This document shows positions 55,939 through 64,000 of a DNA stretch of 64,000 nucleotides, piece after piece. Each line of letters begins with the position of its first letter. The stretch's first letter is position 1. Source of the stretch: Bacteroidales bacterium (GTDB taxonomy: Bacteria; Bacteroidota; Bacteroidia; Bacteroidales; FEN-979); the NCBI GenBank assembly GCA_038244085.1, contig JBBRTX010000018.1, positions 6,621-70,620 on the forward strand, read 5' to 3'. Below the pieces are notes generated by a model that saw only the letters and a program-made list of their open reading frames with translations, was not told the DNA's origin and made no database searches. Position numbers and translations under genes: made by a program.

Positions 55939-56601
55939 TCAGATGTTCAGGTAATTCATTAATGCGTTGTAACGGTCTTGCATTCCTTCCGAATAAGGAT
56001 CTTCGGGATAAGATGCCTGAATCGTATATCCATATCTGACGAAGGTCTGCATCACAGCCGTTATGTCAATCCGGTTCAGTTTGAGGGTAATCTCCAGCTT
56101 GGTTGAATCCGGATTGGAGTTGATATACATGCTGAGCACTTTGGCATCATTTGATTCTACGATCTGGGAAATTTCGGTCAGCAGGTAATCCTTTTCACTC
56201 ATTTCAAGAACGATGATCCCGCCGGGATTATTCACCGCGGTGACTTCTGCAAATGACTTGATCAGGCTGGTGTCTTTGATTGATCCGATGTAGTGGTCAT
56301 TCTCATCAAGCACCGGTAAAACCGAGATGTTGAGCTTTGAAATCGTATCCAGTACTTCAAAAAGATGATAGGTCTCCCGTGCAAAAGGTTTCTGGATCGA
56401 AAGTGGAATTTTACCAACCGCTTCCGTGACATAATCCAGCACAAGAATGTCAGAATCGGCAATCAGTCCGGTATACCCGCTTTCATCGACGATCGGTAAA
56501 TGGCTGATACCCTGTTCTCTCATCCGGCCAAGCGCGACTTCCCCTGTATCCAACGGATTCAGGGGCAAAATTTCATCAGCGATCAACTGTCTGGCAATCA
56601 T
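55939..56601 (-). CDS. CBS-domain pair protein
   Basis: 220 aa with two CBS motifs (HLPIVDESGYTGLI; VLPVLDENDHYIGSI) and a C-terminal ACT-like segment. Confidence 0.8.
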   Translation of the reverse strand: MIARQLIADEILPLNPLDTGEVALGRMREQGISHLPIVDESGYTGLIADSDILVLDYVTEAVGKIPLSIQKPFARETYHLFEVLDTISKLNISVLPVLDENDHYIGSIKDTSLIKSFAEVTAVNNPGGIIVLEMSEKDYLLTEISQIVESNDAKVLSMYINSNPDSTKLEITLKLNRIDITAVMQTFVRYGYTIQASYPEDPYSEGMQDRYNALMNYLNI

Positions 56602-57524
56602 TGTCTTCTCATATCAGATTCATCATTCAGGATGCTAAGATAACTATTATATCTCATCTGGCTTATGTCACCGGTTCCAAGTCCCTTTTTTACCGCACAA
56701 TTGGGTTCATGGGTATGCGTACAGTTTTTGTATTGACAATGCGGCAAGAGGCGCTCCATCTCCGGGAAACACCTGGGGATTTCGGATTTCTCAAAATCAA
56801 TCAGGCCAAATTCCCGCAGCCCCGGCGTATCAATAATAAACCCCCCGTCATCCAGCTCAAACATCTCGGCAAAAGTAGTGGTATGTTTTCCTTTTTGATG
56901 ATAATCGGAGATGGATCCTACTTTCAGATTTAAACCCGGCTGAATGGCAGAGATCAGGGCAGACTTTCCGGCGCCGGAATGTCCAACAAAAAGATTGATT
57001 TTATCTTTCAGGAGATTCTTTACAGGTTGCAAGCCTTCGCCGGTCAATGCGGAGAGGGAATAACACGGGTAACCTGCTTTCTGGTAGATTTCTTTGAGCT
57101 CCTTTTCATAAGCTGACAACCTTTCATCATACAGGTCAATTTTATTGAAAACCAGGATAGCGGGAATATAATAACCGGTTGCAGTGACCAGGTAACGGTC
57201 GATAAACCCATTGGAAGTACGTGGCTGCGCCAATGTGACAATCAGAAAGGCCTGGTCCAGGTTGGCGGCAATAATTTGAGTGACAGAGGAAAGATTGATC
57301 GCCTTACGGATGATATAGTTCGACCTTTCCCCGATTTTGGTGATCATGCCTGTACCTTCATCCGGCTGAATGTCAAATTCAACATGGTCCCCGATGGCAA
57401 CCGGGTTGGTCGATCGGAGTCCCTTGATCCGAAACAGGCCTTTGAGCTTGCAGTCATAGCGTGTTCCGTCTTCTGACCTGACCGTAATCCAGCTTCCTGT
57501 GGATTTAAAAACGACGCCTTTCAA
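56598..57524 (-). CDS. rsgA: Ribosome small-subunit-dependent GTPase A
   Basis: 308 aa with an OB-fold N-terminus, a circularly permuted GTPase (NKIDL ... GHSGAGKSALI ... DTPG) and a zinc knuckle CQYKNCTHTHEPNCAV. Confidence 0.93.
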   Translation of the reverse strand: MKGVVFKSTGSWITVRSEDGTRYDCKLKGLFRIKGLRSTNPVAIGDHVEFDIQPDEGTGMITKIGERSNYIIRKAINLSSVTQIIAANLDQAFLIVTLAQPRTSNGFIDRYLVTATGYYIPAILVFNKIDLYDERLSAYEKELKEIYQKAGYPCYSLSALTGEGLQPVKNLLKDKINLFVGHSGAGKSALISAIQPGLNLKVGSISDYHQKGKHTTTFAEMFELDDGGFIIDTPGLREFGLIDFEKSEIPRCFPEMERLLPHCQYKNCTHTHEPNCAVKKGLGTGDISQMRYNSYLSILNDESDMRRQ

Positions 57525-57591
57525 ATGATGCTGTTTTTACTTTTCCGGAATATCGAAAATCCTCCCTGGTCAACCATCATGCCGAGGTACA

Positions 57592-57864
57592 TCATTCGGG
57601 GAAGTTATAATGCTTTTTGACAGGTTTTTGGATATCCCATACACATTTCAACCCATCCTTGAAGACCACAAAGTCGCCGGGAACAATCGTATAATTACCT
57701 GATGTTGTTTCAATTACCACCTCTCCTTCCAGGAAAAGACATTCTTCATCCCCCTCATAGGTGTGTTCAAACCGGGAAATCTCTTTCTCCCAGATTGGCC
57801 ATTGGGAAATCGCCCGCTCTTCTGTTTCCTGCTTGCTCAGCTTTTGGATGATCACTTTTTCCAT
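57592..57864 (-). CDS. Small cupin-domain protein (DUF861/cupin_3-like)
   Basis: 90 aa. The segment ...WPIWEKEISRFEHTYEGDEECLFLEGEVVIE...GDFVVFKDGLKCVW... fits the single-domain cupin pattern. Confidence 0.7.
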   Translation of the reverse strand: MEKVIIQKLSKQETEERAISQWPIWEKEISRFEHTYEGDEECLFLEGEVVIETTSGNYTIVPGDFVVFKDGLKCVWDIQKPVKKHYNFPE

Positions 57865-57911
57865 ACCAGGTTCAGTTCAATTGTGAAGTGGTAAAAATAG
57901 GTAAAAAAGGA

Positions 57912-59003
57912 TCAGCTGAGTAAATAAACCTTGCCGGGTAAACTTTGCACAACGCCTTCAAATTCCAGGTTAAGCAGGGCAGCGGAAACCTTACTCATGG
58001 GGATTTCCGTGTTTAAACAAAGTTCATCGATGCCCGTCTCTCCCTTTTCAGAAAGATAATTTACCAGTTTTTCTTCCAGCGGGGTCATCTCGATGAAAAT
58101 TTTGCGTTGCGGGCTAACCCTTGGTTTCTCCCGTACATCCCACCCCAGCATATAGGTGACATCATCGGCGGATTGGATAAGCGCAGCTTTATTTTGCCTG
58201 ATCAGTGCATTGGTTCCTTCTGAGTAGAAATCACCGATCCTGCCGGGAAATGCAAATACATCCCGGTTATAGGAATTGGCAATATCGGCCGTGATTAGTG
58301 CTCCGCCCCTCTGAGCCGCTTCCACCACAATGATTGCATCACATAACCCGGCAATCACCCGGTTTCGCATGGGGAAATTTTCCCGGTCAGGGATGGTTTC
58401 GCTGGGATAATCCGTCAGCAATCCCCCATCCCTTACCATCCTTTCTGCAAGTGATTTGTTGTGATACGGATAGATCCGGTCGAGACCATGTCCAAGAACA
58501 CCCACCGTTTGCAGGCCCTGCTCAAGCGAAGCCCGGTGCGCAGTGCTGTCGATACCATGGGCGAGACCGCTGATGATTAAGGGATGATGGGCCGCAACAC
58601 CTGTGATTAACTGATGGCATAGTTCTTTGCCATACCCTGTGGCATTCCGCGTGCCGACAATTCCCAGTATTTTTGAAGCATTCAGATCGGCATTCCCCTT
58701 GAAATAAAGCATCAGCGGACCATCGATGCAGTTTTTCAACCGTACCGGGTAATCCGGGTCAGTGTAAAAAAAGGTTTTGATTTGGTACCTTTCAATAAAT
58801 GCAACCTCTTTTTCAGCCCTTTCAAACACTGTTTTGCCACCCAAAGCCGTAACCAACGTATCCCCTATCCTGGGAATTTTCCTGAGCAAACGGCTTCTGT
58901 CCCTGAATACAGCCTCTGCACTTCCGCAGTAATTCAGGAGTTTCTTTCCAAGTACATCGCCGATCCCTGGTACCATGGTGAGTGCAATCTGGTATACCAA
59001 CAT
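57912..59003 (-). CDS. dprA: DNA-processing protein DprA (Smf)
   Basis: 363 aa with an N-terminal SAM-like region, a Rossmann domain (GIVGTRNATGYG...ISGLAHGIDSTAHRA...GGALITA) and a C-terminal winged helix. Confidence 0.9.
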   Translation of the reverse strand: MLVYQIALTMVPGIGDVLGKKLLNYCGSAEAVFRDRSRLLRKIPRIGDTLVTALGGKTVFERAEKEVAFIERYQIKTFFYTDPDYPVRLKNCIDGPLMLYFKGNADLNASKILGIVGTRNATGYGKELCHQLITGVAAHHPLIISGLAHGIDSTAHRASLEQGLQTVGVLGHGLDRIYPYHNKSLAERMVRDGGLLTDYPSETIPDRENFPMRNRVIAGLCDAIIVVEAAQRGGALITADIANSYNRDVFAFPGRIGDFYSEGTNALIRQNKAALIQSADDVTYMLGWDVREKPRVSPQRKIFIEMTPLEEKLVNYLSEKGETGIDELCLNTEIPMSKVSAALLNLEFEGVVQSLPGKVYLLS

Positions 59004-59113
59004 AGATAATGAAGATAATGTGAGATGCTAATTTTCAGACTTAATCGTACTTATTGTGAAAAAGTAATACGAAAAGTTGAAAATTATTATCAACAAAAAA
59101 GTTTGTATTGGAT

Positions 59114-59121
59114 TACATTTG
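59114..59121 (+). promoter_or_regulatory. Candidate -7 promoter box (TACATTTG) for the glycosyltransferase gene
   Basis: Exact TAnnTTTG match ending 7 nt before ATG 59129, so the leader would be very short or absent. Confidence 0.45.
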
Positions 59122-59128
59122 AATCACC

Positions 59129-60262
59129 ATGAAAGAAGCACCTCAGAAAAAGCTGTTAATCTGTCCGCTCGATTGGGGAATCGGTCATGCCACACGCTGT
59201 GTCCCCGTGATAAGAAAATTCCTCGAAGCCGGCTATTCTGTAACCATTGCAGCTGACAACCGCCCTTACGCTTTCCTGAGAAAAGAATTTCCTGAACTGA
59301 AAATGATCCGCTTCTCCGGGCAACCCGTCGTTTACCGGAAAAAACTTTCCTTTTCCCTTACCCTACTTTTTCAGCTTCCCGGATTGATCCGGGGATATTT
59401 CAGAGAATACCGGCAACTGAGAAAGTTGATCATGGAGGAAAATCCTGATATCATCGTGTCCGACAACCGTTACGGCGTCTGGAACCGAAAGGTATATTCC
59501 GTCATCATGACCCATCAGTTGGAAGTCATGCTGCCACGCTCTTCCGACATTCTCTCTCCGATGGTTAACCGGATTATCCGATCCCTGATAAAAAATTTCG
59601 ATGAGTGCTGGATCCCTGATTTCAAACCGCATAATGGTTTAGCCGGAAAACTTTCGCATCCCGATAATTTCAAACTTCCCGTTCAGTATATTGGAACCTT
59701 GTCCCGGTTTTCGGCAATGAATGGAACCGCCGACTTTTTCCTACCGGTCCTGTTCGATCTGCTGATCCTGCTTTCAGGTCCGGAGCCGCAACGAACCATC
59801 CTCGAAGAGAAACTCTTCTTCCAACTCCGGGATTCCGGATTAAAAGCGATCATTGTCAGGGGACTGACCGAACAAAATGAAGCCTTCGATCTGACTGAGC
59901 ATATCAGGGTTTACTCTCATCTGGATACGCCGTCACTGAAAGAGTGTATACTGCAGTCGGAACTCGTCATCTGTCGTTCAGGTTATTCTAGCATCATGGA
60001 TTTGGTAACCCTCGGTAAGAAAGCCATCCTGATCCCAACGCCCGGGCAAACGGAACAGGAATACCTTGCAAAATATTTGATGGATAAGAAGGTTTTTTTC
60101 TCCATACCACAGGAAAATTTTGATCTGCTGTATGCAATAGAGATGACAAGAAACTTCCCCGGAATGGTGCTCCGCAACGACCACAAAGCCCTTCAGGAAA
60201 GGATATATGAATTAACGGCAGGCATCCTGGAAAAGGACTCGCTTAAATCGCCGACTGCGTAA
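59129..60262 (+). CDS. GT-B glycosyltransferase (MurG/GT28-C-terminal-like, MGT family)
   Basis: 377 aa with N-terminus LICPLDWGIGHATRC and C-terminus ...VICRSGYSSIMDLVTLGKKAILIPTPGQTEQEYLA (nucleotide-sugar binding pattern). Its 3' end overlaps convergent lgt by 20 nt. Confidence 0.75.
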   Translation: MKEAPQKKLLICPLDWGIGHATRCVPVIRKFLEAGYSVTIAADNRPYAFLRKEFPELKMIRFSGQPVVYRKKLSFSLTLLFQLPGLIRGYFREYRQLRKLIMEENPDIIVSDNRYGVWNRKVYSVIMTHQLEVMLPRSSDILSPMVNRIIRSLIKNFDECWIPDFKPHNGLAGKLSHPDNFKLPVQYIGTLSRFSAMNGTADFFLPVLFDLLILLSGPEPQRTILEEKLFFQLRDSGLKAIIVRGLTEQNEAFDLTEHIRVYSHLDTPSLKECILQSELVICRSGYSSIMDLVTLGKKAILIPTPGQTEQEYLAKYLMDKKVFFSIPQENFDLLYAIEMTRNFPGMVLRNDHKALQERIYELTAGILEKDSLKSPTA

Positions 60263-61061
60263 TTTTATTCGTCCTTCGGGCATAAAGCATAAAGCCAATA
60301 CCCGCCAGTATCAATGGGATGCTTAGCGATTGGCCCAGATCCAGGGTCATGGTTCGTTCAAAAGTAACCTGGGGTTCTTTCAGGAATTCGATCAGGAACC
60401 GCATTCCGAAAACCAGGAACATGAATAAGCCGAACAGGAAACCATTCGGGGTCCTTCCGTCTTTTTTATAGTAATACCATCGGAGGATGAAGAAGATGAT
60501 GAGGTACGAAAGTGCTTCATAAATCTGCGTAGGATGCCTGGGCAACAGGCTCTCCTCAGGATTGGATGCCCTGAGGAAATAAAACCCCCAGGGCAATGTC
60601 GTCGGAACGCCAAAAATCTCTGAATTCATCAGGTTTCCCAGCCGGATCAACACGCCGGCAAGGGCAACCACAATGACGATACGATCCATCACCCATAAAA
60701 AAGGACGTTTCCGTACCTTTGAAAAGATCAGGATGGCCAGTACGATCCCGATGGCAGCGCCATGACTGGCCAGTCCACCTTCCCATACTTTCAAGATCTC
60801 GATCGGATGGCTAAGATAATAGGCCGGTTCATAAAACAGGCAGTGCCCAAGCCTTGCCCCGACTACGGTTCCGATCACCATATACGTGGTAAGCTCATCC
60901 AGTAAAGCAGGGGGAATTCCCTCCTTTTTGAATACTTTCCACAGGATAAGATATCCGAAAAAGAACCCCAGGGCAAATAGTAACCCGTACCACCTGACCG
61001 TCAGTCCACCAAGGTGAAAAAGATCAGGATCGACATTCCAGGTGATATACAGCAGGTTCAT
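60243..61061 (-). CDS. lgt: Prolipoprotein diacylglyceryl transferase
   Basis: 272 aa with VRWYGLLFALGF, GGLASHGAAIG, the Lgt signature RHPTQIYEAL and several TM helices. Confidence 0.93.
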   Translation of the reverse strand: MNLLYITWNVDPDLFHLGGLTVRWYGLLFALGFFFGYLILWKVFKKEGIPPALLDELTTYMVIGTVVGARLGHCLFYEPAYYLSHPIEILKVWEGGLASHGAAIGIVLAILIFSKVRKRPFLWVMDRIVIVVALAGVLIRLGNLMNSEIFGVPTTLPWGFYFLRASNPEESLLPRHPTQIYEALSYLIIFFILRWYYYKKDGRTPNGFLFGLFMFLVFGMRFLIEFLKEPQVTFERTMTLDLGQSLSIPLILAGIGFMLYARRTNKITQSAI

Positions 61062-61063
61062 CG

Positions 61064-64000
61064 TTACTGGAATTTCTTCAGTCCAAGGTTAAACAGCGAA
61101 TCCATCTTTGCTTTTAGTTTCGGCTGGTTAAACTGTTCGGTCAGCATCGTCAAACGCCGAAGCATTCCAAGCGTTTGCTGAATGTCTTCACTGAAGTTCT
61201 CCCTGTCCTGCCCTGTGAACGAGAAATAATAGTCGAGCTCCTGGTTTGCATTGTGCGAATAGATCTCAACCAGTTTGTTTGCCTTGATCGTAGCACCGGC
61301 TTTATAGTAATATTCGGCAAAAGGAACGGTGTACATATCATACGGTATCTTCGAATTCGGGAAATGCTTAAAGAAATCATCCATCAGCCGGATGGCCTCA
61401 GCTTTCTTTTCGTTATCAATCAGAACCTGCACCGTACGCATTACGTTCATTTTGGGACGGTTTGTATTGTTCAGGCTTTCAGGATCTACATATACCTTTG
61501 GGTCATTCAGGTTTCCCCAGGCACATTTGTTCATCAGAATGTCATAAGTGCCCGTCGCATCAACATTTCCCATACCATTGATATAATATTCCTTCTTTCC
61601 TTTCACCGGCATAAATTTATAAACCCAGCCTTCTACAAAGCAGAAAGAATCGACATCAAAGAAATTGGAAACACTTGACGGAGCGGCAAAATACATCGAT
61701 CGCTTCCATGCGTTGGTAGCAATCATATCAAGCAACATGATGTCGTTTTTGTATATCTGGTTCGATTTAATCGTCCAGGTGATGGAATCCACCATCTGAT
61801 CAGCAAGATAGGCCGGCACAATCCCATTCCGGATGCAGGCTGCCTTATCGACCGTCAGTTTGATCTTTTTTGCCGGGAAATACTTATACTTTTCGCCATT
61901 CTGAACCGTCAGAAAAGTAGCAGGATCATCGCTTTTCAGGAATTCGATGAAATCCTTCAATTCAACGGAACCTTTGATGCCCCTGTCGTAATAAAAGATC
62001 ATATCGTTGGAGCCGGGCTGATACCTCGATTTTGGCATACTAAACGGCAATGGATCAGAATCATAGGCTTTCTTATACATCTGATCGATATACCACGACC
62101 CTGAGGCAAGCATCAGGTTCACTACCCTCACATCGGTCCGGATTCCTTCAACCTCCTGATCATACCACAGGGGGAAGGTATCGTTATCGCCATTGGTAAA
62201 CAGGATGCCATTTTTATCACACGAATTGAGATAATTGGCGGCAAAATCGCGGCAGGCGTATTTTCCTGCCCGGGTATGATCGTCCCAGTTCTCTTTTGCC
62301 ATGATCCCCGGAACCAGTAATAAAGTAAGCCCGGTCACAATGGCGATGGAGAGGTGTTCTTTCTTTAAATATTTATTCAGGGTTTCAATCAGGGCAATAA
62401 CGCCCAAACCGATCCAGATGGCAAAGGCATAAAACGAACCGGCATAGGCATAATCCCTTTCACGCGGTTCATAGGGCTGTTGATTCAGGTAAACCACAAT
62501 GGCAAGGCCTGTCATGATAAATAAAAGCGTGACTACCAGCATTCCCCTGGGGTCTTTTTTTACGTGAAAGAAAAAACCGACCAGCCCGAGAAGCAGTGGC
62601 AACATGTAATACTTGTTGGTTGCTTTGTTTTTAAGGCTGTCGGGGAGCTGATCCACCGACAGGCCCAAACGGGCTCTATCCAGGAAAGGAATCCCCGTAA
62701 TCCAGTTTCCATGATCCTTTCCGCCGAAACCCTGGATATCATTCTGTCTTCCTGAAAAATTCCACATGAAGTATCTCATGTACATAAAACCTACCTGGTA
62801 GGAGAAGAAAAACTTCAGGTTTTCGCCGAAAGTGGGACGGCTCAGCGTCTGTGTCTTTCCATCCTCACCCGTTATAGTGATGGGAACGCCAGGCCCACCC
62901 CAGCTTTTGTAAAACTCAGCAGAACCCTTTCGCTGATTGCTCCACATACGGGGAAACAGGGTAACAAATTTCGGATCATATTCAGCAACCGTACCCTTAC
63001 GCTCATCAATCACAACATATTTGCCGGCAGCCGCATCTTTACGGTAAATCGGCGAACCGTCTCCGTAATTAATGACGGGGGCGCTGTAATATTGTCCATA
63101 GAAAATGGGGAAATCGCCATATTGTTCACGATTCAGATAGGAAAGCAAATTGATGGCGTCTTTGGGCGCATTTTCATTGATCGGCGTATCTGCGTTCGCC
63201 CTGATGACCAGCATCAGAAAGGAGGAATACCCGATCAGGATGAAGGTGAAAGCCAGGATGATGGTATTCAGGACGATCTTCCCCCGCTTGCGTGTATATA
63301 TGAGACCGAAGATCAATCCGCCAATCAGGAGCAGGAAATAAATGATGGTACCTGAGTTGAATGGCAAACCAAAAGTATTCACGAAGGTCAGCTCAAACAT
63401 GCCCGATAACTTTACAATCCACGGAATGATCCCATACATCACGAAGGCCAGGACAACGATGGATAAGGCGAGTGTAAGAAAAACCCCTCCTTTTGTCGGT
63501 TTGAACTTCCGGTAATAATATACAAGAAAAGTAGCGGGAATCACCAGCAGGTTCAGGAGGTGAACGCCGATGGCAAGTCCGATCAAAAAGGCGATCAGCA
63601 CCAGCCAGCGGTAAGAATGCTTCTCTTCTGCAACGCTGTCCCATTTCAGGATGGCCCAGAAACTGAATGCGGTGAAAAAGGAGGACATGGCATACACTTC
63701 CCCTTCCTCTGCAGAAAACCAGAAGGAATCGGTAAATGTATAAGCCAGTGCGCCAACGAGAGCAGCGGCAAAGATGGTGTACATCCTGGCATCCGTCATT
63801 TCACCATCTTTTACCATGAATCTTTTGGCCAGCAAAGTGATCGACCAGAAAAGAAACAGGATGGTGAAAGCACTGCACAATGCCGACATGGCATTTACCA
63901 TCATGGCAACATGCGTAACATCTCCAAAGGCAAAGAGTGAAAAAAACCGGCCGATCATCTGGAACAAAGGCGCTCCCGGGGGATGGCCTACCTGTAATTT
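61064..64000 (-). CDS. DUF2723-family polytopic membrane protein (GT-C/PMT-like putative glycosyltransferase), N-terminus outside the window
   Basis: The ORF is open to the window edge. Codons upstream of the ORF-track TTG read KLQVGHPPGAPLFQMIGRFF, so the gene starts beyond 64000. The N-terminal half is multi-TM; the C-terminal ~450 aa is soluble. There are 2 nt between its stop and the lgt start. Confidence 0.8.
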   Translation of the reverse strand, partial: KLQVGHPPGAPLFQMIGRFFSLFAFGDVTHVAMMVNAMSALCSAFTILFLFWSITLLAKRFMVKDGEMTDARMYTIFAAALVGALAYTFTDSFWFSAEEGEVYAMSSFFTAFSFWAILKWDSVAEEKHSYRWLVLIAFLIGLAIGVHLLNLLVIPATFLVYYYRKFKPTKGGVFLTLALSIVVLAFVMYGIIPWIVKLSGMFELTFVNTFGLPFNSGTIIYFLLLIGGLIFGLIYTRKRGKIVLNTIILAFTFILIGYSSFLMLVIRANADTPINENAPKDAINLLSYLNREQYGDFPIFYGQYYSAPVINYGDGSPIYRKDAAAGKYVVIDERKGTVAEYDPKFVTLFPRMWSNQRKGSAEFYKSWGGPGVPITITGEDGKTQTLSRPTFGENLKFFFSYQVGFMYMRYFMWNFSGRQNDIQGFGGKDHGNWITGIPFLDRARLGLSVDQLPDSLKNKATNKYYMLPLLLGLVGFFFHVKKDPRGMLVVTLLFIMTGLAIVVYLNQQPYEPRERDYAYAGSFYAFAIWIGLGVIALIETLNKYLKKEHLSIAIVTGLTLLLVPGIMAKENWDDHTRAGKYACRDFAANYLNSCDKNGILFTNGDNDTFPLWYDQEVEGIRTDVRVVNLMLASGSWYIDQMYKKAYDSDPLPFSMPKSRYQPGSNDMIFYYDRGIKGSVELKDFIEFLKSDDPATFLTVQNGEKYKYFPAKKIKLTVDKAACIRNGIVPAYLADQMVDSITWTIKSNQIYKNDIMLLDMIATNAWKRSMYFAAPSSVSNFFDVDSFCFVEGWVYKFMPVKGKKEYYINGMGNVDATGTYDILMNKCAWGNLNDPKVYVDPESLNNTNRPKMNVMRTVQVLIDNEKKAEAIRLMDDFFKHFPNSKIPYDMYTVPFAEYYYKAGATIKANKLVEIYSHNANQELDYYFSFTGQDRENFSEDIQQTLGMLRRLTMLTEQFNQPKLKAKMDSLFNLGLKKFQ

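Noticed and set aside
1-64000. Search for mobile or defence content: integrases, transposases, phage genes, toxin-antitoxin pairs, restriction-modification, CRISPR-cas and retrons.
   Set aside because: None of the roughly 57 ORF products shows the corresponding motifs. Every gene of 90 aa or more could be assigned to a housekeeping or envelope family, or to a lone lipoprotein or OM protein. No accessory island is claimed apart from the tentative kdp bracketing by repeats.

Overview
This window is a chromosomal segment of a Bacteroidota (Bacteroidia-type) genome. Three things support that placement: Bacteroidete -7 promoter boxes (TAnnTTTG) sit in front of almost every transcription unit; there is a protein with a T9SS C-terminal sorting domain; and the conserved nadK-DUF6089-uppS-bamA-skp-skp envelope cluster is present, along with glycine-lipid-type acyltransferase genes. 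I count about 57 densely packed protein genes, nearly all housekeeping. In order they are: mutS (5' fragment), a trmH-like methyltransferase, deoxynucleoside kinase, folK, sppA, a DHOD-like protein, PFOR (nifJ), mutS2, an acyl-CoA carboxyltransferase with a small biotinyl protein, rpsT, glsA/glsB-like acyltransferases, a Nudix hydrolase, a DEDDy exonuclease, lpxH, a 55-aa 2x[4Fe-4S] ferredoxin, korAB, tilS, dsbD, a complete kdpFABCDE locus, an M20 peptidase, sucA and sucB (separated by an opposite-strand lipoprotein gene), nadB, a gamma-carbonic-anhydrase-like protein, an FG-GAP/T9SS protein, the envelope cluster, rsgA, dprA, a glycosyltransferase, lgt, and a DUF2723 GT-C-like membrane protein that runs off the 3' edge. 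The ferredoxin and kdpF are below the 60-aa ORF-track cutoff and were found by hand. I saw no rRNA, tRNA, CRISPR array, transposase, integrase, phage gene or recognisable defence/toxin gene. I could not identify a convincing new multi-gene system. The parts least explained by ordinary annotation are: (i) the ~0.7-kb gene-less spacer upstream of kdpF, rich in repeats and hairpins and containing an orphan 81-codon ORF; (ii) a short intergenic repeat family (ACGTAA clusters plus AACCATTA-type tandem octamers) whose copies bracket the kdp locus; (iii) a 21-bp near-palindrome encoding two face-to-face -7 boxes between the ferredoxin gene and korAB; (iv) a lipoprotein gene placed tail-to-tail 3 nt from sucA; (v) several conserved but uncharacterised envelope proteins.
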